DNA of 64,000 nucleotides. It comes from Daphnia carinata (Eukaryota). Positions 13,595 to 24,420 of this stretch are shown piece by piece (the first letter of the stretch is position 1; every line of letters starts with the position of its first letter). The position numbers and the translations under genes are program-made. The notes beneath the pieces are model-generated. The model searched no databases. It was given only the letters and a program-made list of their open reading frames with translations, and had not been told where the DNA came from. The stretch lies in the NCBI RefSeq assembly GCF_022539665.2, contig NC_081333.1, positions 13,206,001-13,270,000 on the forward strand, in the 5' to 3' direction.

Positions 13595-14215
13595 ATGTCT
13601 GATCCTAGCTCTAGTTCCAGCTCAGAAAGTTCAAGTGATAGTGATGTGTCGTCTCGTGGCTCATCTAGGAGATTGAGAATCAGCACGGCTAGAATTAGAG
13701 TAAGCCCCCACGGTTTAGTTCATAGGGACGTTACTCCAGACATTCAAAGAGAAGAAGAGGCCGACGCCCTGAGGTTAGCCGATCCAGATCAGGACCTTTC
13801 GCCGGCTCCCGAGGTTCCCCAGGACCCAAAAGTTCCATTGGAAGGAGAGAGGAAAAGGCGTCCAAGGGATGAAGAGAAAGATCAAAACCCGAGGGCAGGG
13901 AAACGACATAAAAACGAGGATACGGTTGTAAAATTCAAATTGTCAAAGAGTAGAGGAAAGAGACTGCTACGCCCCTTTTTTAGGGGAGTAGGCGCATCAA
14001 ATTCCAAGGTAACTAAGGGGCGTTACCTGGCTTCCTTTAAAAAGCGCTCAACCGCGTTTAAATGCCCTTCCTTGGACGACGCTCTCTACCAACGCCTCAA
14101 GCAAGTTAAAGGATCGTCGGCTTCAAAGAACACGATCGATCACAACGAGAGGGCCTTGTACTGCGTACAGCAAAAGATCTTAGAAGCAGCACAACCACTT
14201 CTTTTTTTTGTCTAA
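13595..14215 (+). CDS. DIRS gag-like ORF, N-terminal part; continues in the +1 frame after a T8 run at 14202-14209
   Basis: First ATG after the left ITR; Ser-rich N-terminus, FKCPSLDD motif, helical region continuing in ORF 14208. Confidence 0.8.
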   Translation: MSDPSSSSSSESSSDSDVSSRGSSRRLRISTARIRVSPHGLVHRDVTPDIQREEEADALRLADPDQDLSPAPEVPQDPKVPLEGERKRRPRDEEKDQNPRAGKRHKNEDTVVKFKLSKSRGKRLLRPFFRGVGASNSKVTKGRYLASFKKRSTAFKCPSLDDALYQRLKQVKGSSASKNTIDHNERALYCVQQKILEAAQPLLFFV

Positions 14216-16808
14216 TGAGAAACTTGATGACGACTCTCACCGCGAAGCGATTAGTGTAGCTATTCAATTGCTGGGGGATTCCTTTCACGAGGTTACTCAA
14301 CAGCGAAGAAAGAATGTACTCAGGCAGACTAGCCCTTCATACCTCTACCTCCTCGACGATCAGGACAACTTTAACACCAAGGAGGCTAGTTCTCTTTTTG
14401 GAAAATCTTTCGTAAAATCTATGGTGAGGTCTTCACAACAACAGACCATGCTAAGCAATCTTCAACCGGTTCAACGCCTGTCAGGGCAACCTTACCGCAA
14501 TGGCGGACATCAATTTCGCCATCCTGATGGGCACAACAATAGGCCGTCGGGTCAATCCACCAGCCATCGCTTTGAATCCACCGACGCCCAGCAGGGTTCG
14601 TCGTTCAACAACACACGAGTGGGAGAGGCCAACACCCCCTCGGCTAGACTCGGCGGAGAACGCAGCGCAGTCGAGTACAACACGACCCAGCAGAGTGCCG
14701 GGACACCAAGACACTTCAACAACAGGGGAAGGTACGTGTCTATCGTTAAATCAAACATCGGCAGACCGCTCTCCCCATCTGGTTCGGAAGTTGCGATAGG
14801 GGGCAGGATATCAGCCTTCAAAACGAATTGGTTCAAAATATCAGCTGATCCTTGGATCCTTGAGTTAGTTTCTAATGGGCTGAGACTGGAATTTTACTCG
14901 ACGCCTACGCAAGAGAACGTACCGAATAACGCAGCGTTGGGACCGAGTCATTGGGCAATCTGTAATGAGGAAGTAGAAGACATGATTAAGAAAAGGGCGG
15001 TGGTGCGCGCCGAAACGGGGGGTTTCGTTAGTGGCATATTCATCATTCCCAAGAAATCAGGGGGCTTTAGACCCGTCATTAACTTAAAAAGGCTCAACAC
15101 GTATGTTGTGTATAGGCACTTCAAAATGGAAGGGGTCAGCTCAATCAAACACGTAGCCCGCCATAACGACTGGATGGCAAAATTGGACCTTAAAGATGCG
15201 TACTTCGCAATACCCATCCACAATGAGGACCAAAGTTTTTTACAGTTTAAATGGAAAAACACTCTCTTTCAATTCACCTGTCTCCCTTTCGGCCTCTCCT
15301 CAGCCCCTTGGGCTTTTACTAAACTATTGAAGCCAGTCGTCGCGTATTTAAGACAGCGAGGAATTAGATTAATAATTTATTTGGATGATATATTAATTCT
15401 AAACCAATCTAAGGAGTCGTTAAAAGGGCAGTTAGTGGTAGTCGCCAATCTGCTGGATTCGCTTGGCTTCATTATCAATAAAGACAAATCGCATACAACC
15501 CCCACACAGGAAATAGAGTTCTTAGGCCTTTTGATTGATTCCACTACTGCTTCCCTTAAACTGCCTGACGCGAAGCAGGACGTCATCATTAAATTGTGCA
15601 AGAATGCCTTAAAAAAAGACTCTTTAACGTTAAGAGAAATCGCCAGCGTTCTAGGAAGGTTTACCTGGGCCGTTTGGGCTACCCCGTTTTCCCAAGCCCA
15701 CTACCGTAATATCCAGAATACCTACATTAACGGACTCAAGCTAGACAATGGGGAACTAAAATCCAAAATCTCACTGAACCGGGAAGCTAGAGAAGACTTG
15801 TCATGGTGGACTTCATCGCATAATTTAAAGAAAAAGAAAGCACTGATAGACCCAAGCCCTTCCATAACCATCTATGCCGATGCGTCTCTCTCAGGGTGGG
15901 GTGCAGTAAGTAACAAAGTAAGGACGGGAGGTCCGTGGACATCAACCGACACCGCCAGGCATATAAACGAACTGGAACTTTTAGCAGGCTTCTACGCTCT
16001 AAGATGTTTCGCAGAAGAATGTCGTTCCAGTACCGTATTGCTTAAACTAGACAACTCAACGGCAGTGGCCTATATAAATAAAATTGGGGGTTCCAGATCG
16101 GCTAGCCTTAACAAAATAGCGCTAGATATAGCTGGATGGTGTGAGGAACGAGACATCACACTGCAGGCCACCCACTTACCAGGGATTTTTAATGGTGTCG
16201 CAGATCTGGAATCGAGAGTGAGGAAAGACTGGAGCGATTGGATGTTGAAGAAGGAGGTGTTTCAACTGATCCGGAGGAGATGGGAAGTGGCAATCGATCT
16301 ATTCGCATCCCATTGGAATGCCCAACTGGAAACGTTCTCGAGCTGGAAACCCCAACCGGGAGCGGCGGAGACGGACGCTCTCTCATTCAGCTGGCTAGGC
16401 CGCAACGGCTATGCCTTTCCCCCATTCTCTCTCATAGAAGACTGCCTGACAAAGATAAGACGAGAGAGAGCGACACTGATCTTAGTATGTCCGTATTGGC
16501 CGAGCCAATCATGGTTTCCAACAGCTCTAGAGCTAGCTTCCGACATTCCAATAGTTCTCCGCGTCTGCCCGGAACTACTTACGTCCAGTCGGGGGGAACC
16601 ACACCCCCTGTGCGAATGCAAGAATTTCCAGTTAATCGCTTGGAAATTATCCGGAAACGATATGCAGACCAGGGCTTTCCAGAACAAGTGGGCCAATTAT
16701 TGCTGGCCGGCTCACGAGAGTCCACGAGAGATGCGTACCAGTCCGCCTGGCTCGCTTGGTACAATTGGTGCGGTAAACAAGACCAAAATCCCCTTCGAAA
16801 TGACCTAA
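14208..16808 (+). CDS. DIRS gag C-terminal part in frame with reverse transcriptase, RNase H and N6-adenine methyltransferase-like domains
   Basis: RT motifs KLDLKDAYF, LPFGLSSAP, YLDD; RNase H motifs YADASLSGWG, HINELEL, LDNSTAVAY, ADLESR; MT-like IDLFAS and YAFPPF. Confidence 0.95.
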   Translation: MSNEKLDDDSHREAISVAIQLLGDSFHEVTQQRRKNVLRQTSPSYLYLLDDQDNFNTKEASSLFGKSFVKSMVRSSQQQTMLSNLQPVQRLSGQPYRNGGHQFRHPDGHNNRPSGQSTSHRFESTDAQQGSSFNNTRVGEANTPSARLGGERSAVEYNTTQQSAGTPRHFNNRGRYVSIVKSNIGRPLSPSGSEVAIGGRISAFKTNWFKISADPWILELVSNGLRLEFYSTPTQENVPNNAALGPSHWAICNEEVEDMIKKRAVVRAETGGFVSGIFIIPKKSGGFRPVINLKRLNTYVVYRHFKMEGVSSIKHVARHNDWMAKLDLKDAYFAIPIHNEDQSFLQFKWKNTLFQFTCLPFGLSSAPWAFTKLLKPVVAYLRQRGIRLIIYLDDILILNQSKESLKGQLVVVANLLDSLGFIINKDKSHTTPTQEIEFLGLLIDSTTASLKLPDAKQDVIIKLCKNALKKDSLTLREIASVLGRFTWAVWATPFSQAHYRNIQNTYINGLKLDNGELKSKISLNREAREDLSWWTSSHNLKKKKALIDPSPSITIYADASLSGWGAVSNKVRTGGPWTSTDTARHINELELLAGFYALRCFAEECRSSTVLLKLDNSTAVAYINKIGGSRSASLNKIALDIAGWCEERDITLQATHLPGIFNGVADLESRVRKDWSDWMLKKEVFQLIRRRWEVAIDLFASHWNAQLETFSSWKPQPGAAETDALSFSWLGRNGYAFPPFSLIEDCLTKIRRERATLILVCPYWPSQSWFPTALELASDIPIVLRVCPELLTSSRGEPHPLCECKNFQLIAWKLSGNDMQTRAFQNKWANYCWPAHESPREMRTSPPGSLGTIGAVNKTKIPFEMT

Positions 16809-17632
16809 AGCATATTCTATCATTCCTGTCAGAAGCACATTTCGAAGGAAAAGCGTATGGCACAATAAATATCTATAGGTCGATGCTTTCCTCTACCTTA
16901 CAACCAATTGATGGCCTACAGATCGGGAAACACCCGCTCATTGTAAAATTGATGAAAGGTATATACAATTCAAACCCTCCTAAACCTAGGTACGAGTTCA
17001 CCTGGGACGTCAGTATAGTGACCAACCATTTAAGCCAACTTAAAAACGAGGATTTAGCTATCGGCCCCCTCGCTCGGAAACTGGCTACGCTTCTGGCGTT
17101 AGCATCCTTCCTTCGAGCTTCGGAAGTGGCTTCTATCGGGAAAGAGGATCTAAGAATAGGTGAATCCGGTATGAATTTCTCCCTCCTAAAACCGAGAAAG
17201 GCTCAGAAGGAAGGAGCGCTAAAAACGTTCTTTATCAAAAGAATTCCGGACCCCCGAATTGACCCGGTATTTTGCACGGAACACTACATATCTATAACGG
17301 AGAAGTATCGCGTGCAATCGAATGATAGGCATCTCTTTATGGGATCAGTGAAGCCGTACAACCCAGTAGTCGGATCGACCGTAGCGGGTTGGTTAAAGAG
17401 ACAGCTGCAGGAAAGTGGCGTAGACACAGGCAGATTCTCGGCTCACTCAACAAGAGGAGCGGCTTCTTCGAAAGCAGCAGCAGCTTCTTCGAAAGCAGCA
17501 GCAGCAGGCATCTCTGTCCAAACAATTCTAAACACAGCCCACTGGTCCTCGGAATCAACCTTTACGAGATTTTACAGAAGGGATCTGCCCAAAGAACCTT
17601 CCGTAGCAGAAGTCGTTCTGAGCATAGACTAA
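16238..17632 (+). CDS. DIRS tyrosine recombinase (true start probably near 16614), overlapping the pol 3' end
   Basis: Catalytic LRASEV, HSTRGA, HWSSESTFTRFY; N-terminal STRDAYQSAW. Confidence 0.95.
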   Translation: MDVEEGGVSTDPEEMGSGNRSIRIPLECPTGNVLELETPTGSGGDGRSLIQLARPQRLCLSPILSHRRLPDKDKTRESDTDLSMSVLAEPIMVSNSSRASFRHSNSSPRLPGTTYVQSGGTTPPVRMQEFPVNRLEIIRKRYADQGFPEQVGQLLLAGSRESTRDAYQSAWLAWYNWCGKQDQNPLRNDLKHILSFLSEAHFEGKAYGTINIYRSMLSSTLQPIDGLQIGKHPLIVKLMKGIYNSNPPKPRYEFTWDVSIVTNHLSQLKNEDLAIGPLARKLATLLALASFLRASEVASIGKEDLRIGESGMNFSLLKPRKAQKEGALKTFFIKRIPDPRIDPVFCTEHYISITEKYRVQSNDRHLFMGSVKPYNPVVGSTVAGWLKRQLQESGVDTGRFSAHSTRGAASSKAAAASSKAAAAGISVQTILNTAHWSSESTFTRFYRRDLPKEPSVAEVVLSID

Positions 17633-17653
17633 ACAAATGTTGGCTTTAAAGTC

Positions 17654-17766
17654 ACAGTTCAGGTCGAACGAACATTCGACTACAATTGTAAATTGATCGA
17701 GAGCGCGAAGCGCTATCGACGATCAATTTTGATTGTATAAGAATAAGAGAGAGAGACCTGAACTGT
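17654..17766 (+). repeat. DIRS internal complementary region (ICR)
   Basis: The 5' part is the reverse complement of the left end; the rest is the reverse complement of the right-end extension (~18014-18095). They join at tacaattgta. Confidence 0.95.
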
Positions 17767-17923
17767 AACATCCACCCACCCACCCAGCTTTCCTATTTAA
17801 TGAGTTTATAAGCTAATCATTGTTACCCTTTTAAAACGCAGATTCGATCATCGGCGAAGTGGGATCCAACAGTTCAGGGGCAGGTATTGACGGATTCCGA
17901 CGACCACCTAACTCAGATGAAGT

Positions 17924-18096
17924 GAAAAGGTCTGAGGCCAAAGGGTTACCAACCCTCCCTCCTAAACTACCTTTTTTGTCTGCTGTAAAAGAGCTGTAGA
18001 ATACAAGGTCGACACAGTTCAGGTCTCTCTCTCTTATTCTTATACAATCAAAATTGATCGTCGATAGCGCTTCGCGCTCTCGATCAATTTACAATT
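17924..18096 (+). repeat. DIRS right ITR plus 3' extension
   Basis: Reverse complement of the left ITR, then an extension complementary to the ICR, ending in ATT. Confidence 0.95.
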
Positions 18097-18770
18097 GTAA
18101 CACAAGTGAATGGAAGAGTTTGCGGAAACGTAATGAAAATGAACTTATCCTTCTTTTTTAGTAATCACACCCTTGATGAGGAATAAATTAGTTGTTTTCG
18201 TCCTCTCCAATCGACTATTCCCTTGCCTATCATTGCAAATATCATAAGAAATCTTTTTGCTTTCTACAATTAAACGGAAATGTCAAATCTAAGAATTGAA
18301 CTATCTAACTTAACTGCGGAAAACCCCTTTCTCTGTTTTCTAGACCAACTGTAAAAAGAACGACCACACGCCCACGAACCAAACTCTGGTATGGTTGGAG
18401 ATCTCCAATCTAGGAGAAAATTGTACTAGGTAATTAATGGTGTGTTATATGTATGGGAATTAAAGGCCGAACCAGTTTTACATCAACAACACGAAGCCAA
18501 ACGGTATGCAATGCGGCATCCTGATACGCCGACAGTGTACGCACAACAGTTAATGAAATCGAAGTAAACATAATAGGCACGTAAAATTATCGAGGAATGC
18601 ATACTTAACGGGGAAGATAAGCGTGAAATTCAACAACATATAGTCATCATTCTAATTGAAATTTGTCAAAGTCAAATAAGTAGTGTTTCAAAGGAAATTC
18701 AACCGAGTTAGGTTTGTCGTTAATCTAATTACATGATACAGATTGCAACGGAACCTGGAAATGCACTGCA
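18097..18770 (+). repeat. Downstream flank of the kinase-ankyrin duplication, homologous to ~56785-57430
   Basis: Shared blocks such as aagtgaatgg, ccaactgtaaaaagaacgacc, catcaacaacacgaagccaaacggta, aaagtcaaataagtagtgt. Confidence 0.85.
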
Positions 18771-18999
18771 TATAGTTTTCGTCGAAAGACGGCAATCGGA
18801 TGGGCAAAAAGTGATGCTAGACCGCAACTTTATTTTTGTTTTTTACGTTATTTAAAAAACTATACGACCCGTTTAAAACCAAACTTTATTGCCGTGATCA
18901 GCATTCATTTCTGAATAGATTTCATGTATTTGAAGCCAAATTTGACCCAAATTGAAAAAGTCAGTATAAAGCGCTGTAACAAAATAAGCCCGACTTTTT

Positions 19000-19175
19000 C
19001 TATTTAAAAACAATATCGTTAAATCTAGAAAACTATACATGATTTCGATTCAAAATTTAACGAGAAACACGAAAATGAACTTTGTTTTTACGTATGATTT
19101 ATGGTTTTTGAGTAATTAAAAATATAAAAGTAGGGCCGATAGACATTTTAAGCCCGACAAAATTAGACCAACTTT
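19000..19175 (+). repeat. Single diverged unit of the 180-bp repeat family
   Basis: ctagaaaactatacatgattt...tggtttttgagtaattaaaaatataaaagtagg matches the 4490-5065 unit. Confidence 0.75.
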
Positions 19176-22100
19176 TAATGTCTACAAAAATTGCTTGGTA
19201 GTTTGCGATGCCTCCGCTAGATGCTTTGATGTGGTACCACAACAAGATTTTTACTGCCTAATCAGCTGATTCTTATTGCTTACTTTTATTTTCGTGAATT
19301 TGAAAGGTGAAATGTACCAATGTGTTAATGAGGTACCATAGCAATTCAAATCATTTATTTGAACTTGATTTAAAGATTTCATTTAAAACAATTACTACAA
19401 TTGGCCAGCAACACAGACCTTCTAAAGTCCTTAAAAGGACATGCCATTAAGTAGCTTTTCACGTTTACTTGGAAGAAAACAAACTGAAAACAAGACAAAC
19501 GAGCTCTGTTTGAAGCCATCACTTTAAACAGCAGGGACCACCCGAGTTGAGATTTACGTGCACATTTTTTGTTGTTGCACACCGTTTGTTTTGCCCGCCC
19601 TCTCCCTTTTTTTGTCATTGAGAAGGTTGATGTATTCGTGTGTGTTATTGGTTTTGTTTTCCCATATTTCTCTCTTATCCTTTCAAACATTTCAATATGC
19701 GCACACGTGCAGTTACGTACAGTACAGCAATACGCTGTAAGTCTAAGGCCATATAGGCAATGTCCATATTTAAAAGGCATTTTTGAAACGTGACCGTTGA
19801 GAACCCGTATTTACCGCTGTCAACTGTCAGACATGGGACGTAAAGAAAAAATGGGGACCTGGAACAACGCAAATCACCCATAGAGACGTTAAACTGCTTG
19901 GACGAAAACAAACCCATACATTTCTCAGAATTGTAGGTCTAGGTTTGTTTTAAACAGGTATAACTGAAACAGAGCAAATTTAAATACATTTGAATATTTC
20001 TCTCACGTATTAGGTATATGGAAATGAGGCCTTAGCAAAACACTTGACCGTATCGGCTGTTTTAAGGGGCATTAGGTGAAAACTAATGGACTCGATGGAT
20101 ATATAGTGAAGCAAGAGTCTAGACAGAGCAGGGCAGTTTATTGTCTGGAAGAAGATTACGCAGCTGGAACGAATGGAGTTACGTACACAGGGACGCAAAG
20201 GGACACGATAAAATATGTGTCAGCTATATCCTGTACGATCACTACAGTCGGCCCATATGAAATATTAGTATGTCATTATTGTGTCAGCTGCGGATGCGCT
20301 GGATGTAGAGACCACCGGTCACGGTTCGTCGCATTATTATTATTATTGGGCTGTTCAAGTATATAGCAGTGCGGCTGGCTGCAAATTAACACCCTATATC
20401 GCTCTGCGTGTCTCTAGTATATTTCGACTTTCTCTGTGATGAGGGCACATGGACAGGCAGTCGGCCGGAAGTGGATGATGACTTTCGGTTGGAGAAAAAT
20501 ACTCAGCCCTCATGTGTTGGAAATATAGGCTAATGGAATAGAAGCCCATATAGAGAAAGAAAAAATGCAGCTGGAAATTGTCTGTTACCCCTGGCACGTC
20601 ACAAACGTCAAAAATGAGAAAAGAGGGAAGACAGTCGAAAAATAGAATGAAAATGTGCTGATGTCTCTACAACTACGTCTGACGGATGGCACTTTTGTGT
20701 GTATACACCAGTGAGAATATCATCATGAGAAATTGCGGAAATGTTTGTGCATTGCACACTCTGTGTTGGAGTACTAAAAAAACAAGACGGATGTATTCAA
20801 TTAGCGCTTCAGCTAAACCTGCGCTATACCAAGTGTCTGTCCTATACGGTGTATTAAATAGAAGGCAGTTGAGGGTAGTACTGGGAAAGAGTTCTATAAT
20901 TTAGATGGCCATACCGCAAGAAAAAAGAAAGGCCTTCCTTTTTCGTATTGAAATGTATTTCAGACATGTGTCTGAGGACGAAAAGGGGGGGTAGGAAAAA
21001 GAGGCCATATCATATCCCCCTTCACACATCCGAATTTATTTTCATAGGGTGCTGCTGCCGTTTTTTTTTAAAGCCGAAAAAAAAGGATAAAAGAGAACAG
21101 AAGCACTTTACAGACACGACGGCAAGTGCTTTTGTCTATAGGCCCCTCTTGTTTGGTTGTTGATGATGATGAGCCAACAGCAGCCAAGGACTCTGCTCTT
21201 CCTCCCTCTGTGCTGCTGGATGAAAGAAGTGGAAGCGCTTCCAAAAATGGCTGCTGTGTGGGGTGCCAACACATGACAGGAAACAGGTTCCTATAAACAT
21301 TGGCTGGTCTTCACAGCTTTTTTTCTTTAAAAACAAACCCCATTTTCCTCGGATGCCGGAGACAGAGAGACCCACTTTTCCACACCGCAACGAACCTCCT
21401 CTTTTCACGCGTTACGCCTCTTTCCGCATCTACTCCCGTGTCCCGTCCTATATACACACATAGTTGTTTTGTTTGCTTTTTTCTTTGTTGAATAATAATA
21501 ATAAATAAATAAACACAACAACCGCCGCCTATATAATAACGAAAACACATATCCTTGCACCCGCTTCTAAGAAGCGGGTTGCACGCGTGTCCCTTTGTGA
21601 TTACGTGTCGTTCAATCCACTGTCTATATAATGTATCATTGCAACTCGTCGCCTTTTGATGCTGAATTTGGTAAGCAGTGATTCCTCTCTTTATCACCGT
21701 GGTCTGCCATTAGATCGCGTGAGCGGCTGACTCGTGAGGTGATTCGCACCAACGCCCTTATTATTCGATGAAACTGTTCACACGGGCCTTGTATATTTAT
21801 GCATCCACTCATGTGGCAGGGGTTTTATTTTCAGCCCGCTTTTATTAGAAGCCTTTGTGTAAGCCATATTTAATCACCATATCAAATTGAACCAATAACA
21901 TGGCCAAATTCCATCAATAATTCAATTACACTGTCTCGATATCGTGTAGCTGTGTCGGGATAATGCAAATCACATTCAGGTTGGGATTAAGTTGAGAGAA
22001 ACCTTAAAAAAAAGCATCACATTTAAATCGCTTTAATAATGAAAGGGAAAAAAAATGAGGCAGCCGTATGTATAAACTGCCTCATCTTTCATGTTGCATC

Positions 22101-23961
22101 ACCCTCAAAAATGTTGATGTCAGAACGCCGAAAGCAAACGCCTGTATGTATACGTACAAGCTATAGGCCTGCACGTAATCTACAAAAAAATAAAACCCTA
22201 AAAAAACAGCTGTCATTTATAGGTTATGTAGCTACGACGATGTACATCACAAGAATGTGATGCATCACAAGAATGTGATGCATCACTTGACTGGCTCGCA
22301 TGATGATGTATTGATTATATATACTGTACGCTCATCATTTCTTCTTCCTCTTATGGCTTACAGCCTAGAAAATGAGAGGAAATGCAGACATCCAATAACA
22401 TCATTCCTGTATATTTATGTGAACTATGAGTCTGTATAAATTTAAAACATGGCTCATTCAACGAATGAATCAACAAAATAATCATCTCCTTTTCTTTGGA
22501 ACTCTTTTTTTGCCTTGAAATGATGTGAGATACTGAAATGAAATGGCATATGATTTCAATGTCCTTGATTCCCCCCTCGTTGTTGTACGGCCGCTCATTC
22601 AGCTCAAGATCCATCACCTGTACAGCAGGTGTATGTAGGGTGAGAAAATGAAAATTATTTCAGCTGATCCGCCCATTTTTCGATATCTACATACGTGGGC
22701 CTTAATGTTGATTTCTCTTCCTTTTGTTCCATGAACCACTGCACATTTGTTTGGGATTTTACGTAGGGCGTTTCGTAATTCAATTGGGTTGTTTGGCGAA
22801 ATGCCGATATATGTGACGTCATTCTTTCATTTATTTTAGGCAACGCTTTTCTTTCCATTGGCTGTTTTTTGTTGTTGTGTTGCTTAGCTGAAAAGAAATG
22901 ACGAAGAACGTACTTAACAATTCAACTATTCATGTCGGTTCAGATTGCATCATTTCAACGTCTTAAACAGAAAAAATGACTCATCCATTTCGCGGAAAGA
23001 AAGGAAAAACCAAATTGGACACTTGGTCATTGTAGCAGACGACGTGATCGTGCAAAGCCAACCAAAGCCAACCAAAACGTGCAATTTACGTGTCCAAACA
23101 TGCTCGAGAGGGAGAGAGAGACGAAAATATAAATAAATAAAAAGATTTAGAAAGTTACGTAAATTCAGATCTATGACGTCATACTGCATTCATCATTCAA
23201 CAGTCACTTGTGTATTCACAGTTCCGGTTCTATTTTTTCTTGTTAGAGGAAAAGAAAAGGGGTGGACGACTCTCTTGGGGAGGGGCTTTCTATTTTGTGT
23301 TCCTTCTCATTTTTTTGCATCATGACCGGAAATTCGTCATGCAGGTTAAATATATGCATACATACATGCCTTTTGTTTTTCCCTTTTTCCCCGTTTGTCA
23401 TCGAGATAATGCGGGCAGTTTGCCACGACTAAATAAAAATAAAACAAAGTTTGCGCAAATATGACGATCTGGTATCGTCTGCTCCAAGGTTGCCATTATC
23501 CGGCCCGGCCCTCCACTTTGACAAATGGCGGCACTATTCTATCCTTTTAAGGCATTCGTTCGAAAAAAAACGAGAAATGGAAAAACGAACAAGAAAAAGA
23601 AAAGATTTGTCCGTTTATCCCTGCGTTCATTGGCCGTCTGTCTTTTGTTTTGCGTTGCCTACTGCAACAGAAGCACAAGACAGAATGCCAACGCGAGAGG
23701 CCTTTTTGTCGAATACTTGAAGGTGTAGCTGTTCAGCTTGATTAAGAACCGCACAGTCTTCGGACTGACGTGGAATGATAGTTTTCGTTTGGTGAGCATT
23801 GACTTTCTTGGATTGGTCTTGTTGCAGCCAACTGTTGATGTACCAGCAGCAAGTCGAAGTCGCATGACCATGTAAAGTCATGTGCCACGTCTTACGTCCT
23901 ACGCTCGGGTACGTTAGGCTTTCGCAGCTTGACCAAATCAGGCCAATGCTGCACTCTGCAG

Positions 23962-24420
23962 CAGAATCGTAGAGGAGATGGTACATCATCTCCATGTTAT
24001 AACTTCCCATAAGGCAGGGTCCCCAAGACACACGATGTGCCGTGGAAAAAACACTGCCATCTAGTGGCAGAATTGTGAACTCTACATGATTAACCTTATT
24101 GTAATAATAATTACAATGAGGAAAAATGCATCTTTTCCTGTTTTTCTTGGGCATTTTACTTACACAGCCCCCTACCTTATTAGGAAACAATGTGCTTTCT
24201 GGGTTTTTACAATGGCGGAATGAGAATTTCATTATTCAGTTAAACATTTAGTACGTAGGTGGCAGGGTTTTTTGCACGGGGACCGGTTTTCATTGGCTCT
24301 CAAGCGGGTAGGGTGGTTGGAGGGTGGTTGGGAGGAATCGTCAAACTCGGGGACACTTTCGAGAAATTCCTTATGGCAGTTATAACATGGAGATGATGTA
24401 CCATCTCCTCTATGACTCTG
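23962..24420. mobile_element. MITE-like element with ~52-bp imperfect terminal inverted repeats
   Basis: 23962-24014 (cagaatcgtagaggagatggtacatcatctccatgttataacttcccataagg) is near reverse complement of 24369-24420; no recognisable coding content; TSD not evident. Confidence 0.6.

Larger units (their letters stand above)
13451..18096 (+). mobile_element. Full-length DIRS1-like tyrosine recombinase retrotransposon (~4.65 kb)
   Basis: gag-like, RT/RNaseH/MT and YR ORFs; non-identical ITRs; ICR complementary to both termini; ATT trinucleotide at both ends. Confidence 0.97.

Noticed and set aside
14481..17649. Small alternative-frame and antisense ORFs inside the DIRS element
   Set aside because: Expected by-products of GC-richer coding DNA; no motifs.
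19200..23950. Many 60-200 aa ORFs and possible minus-strand exons (e.g. 22530-22620, 23720-23880)
   Set aside because: No recognisable domain or consistent splice chain; looks intronic or regulatory.
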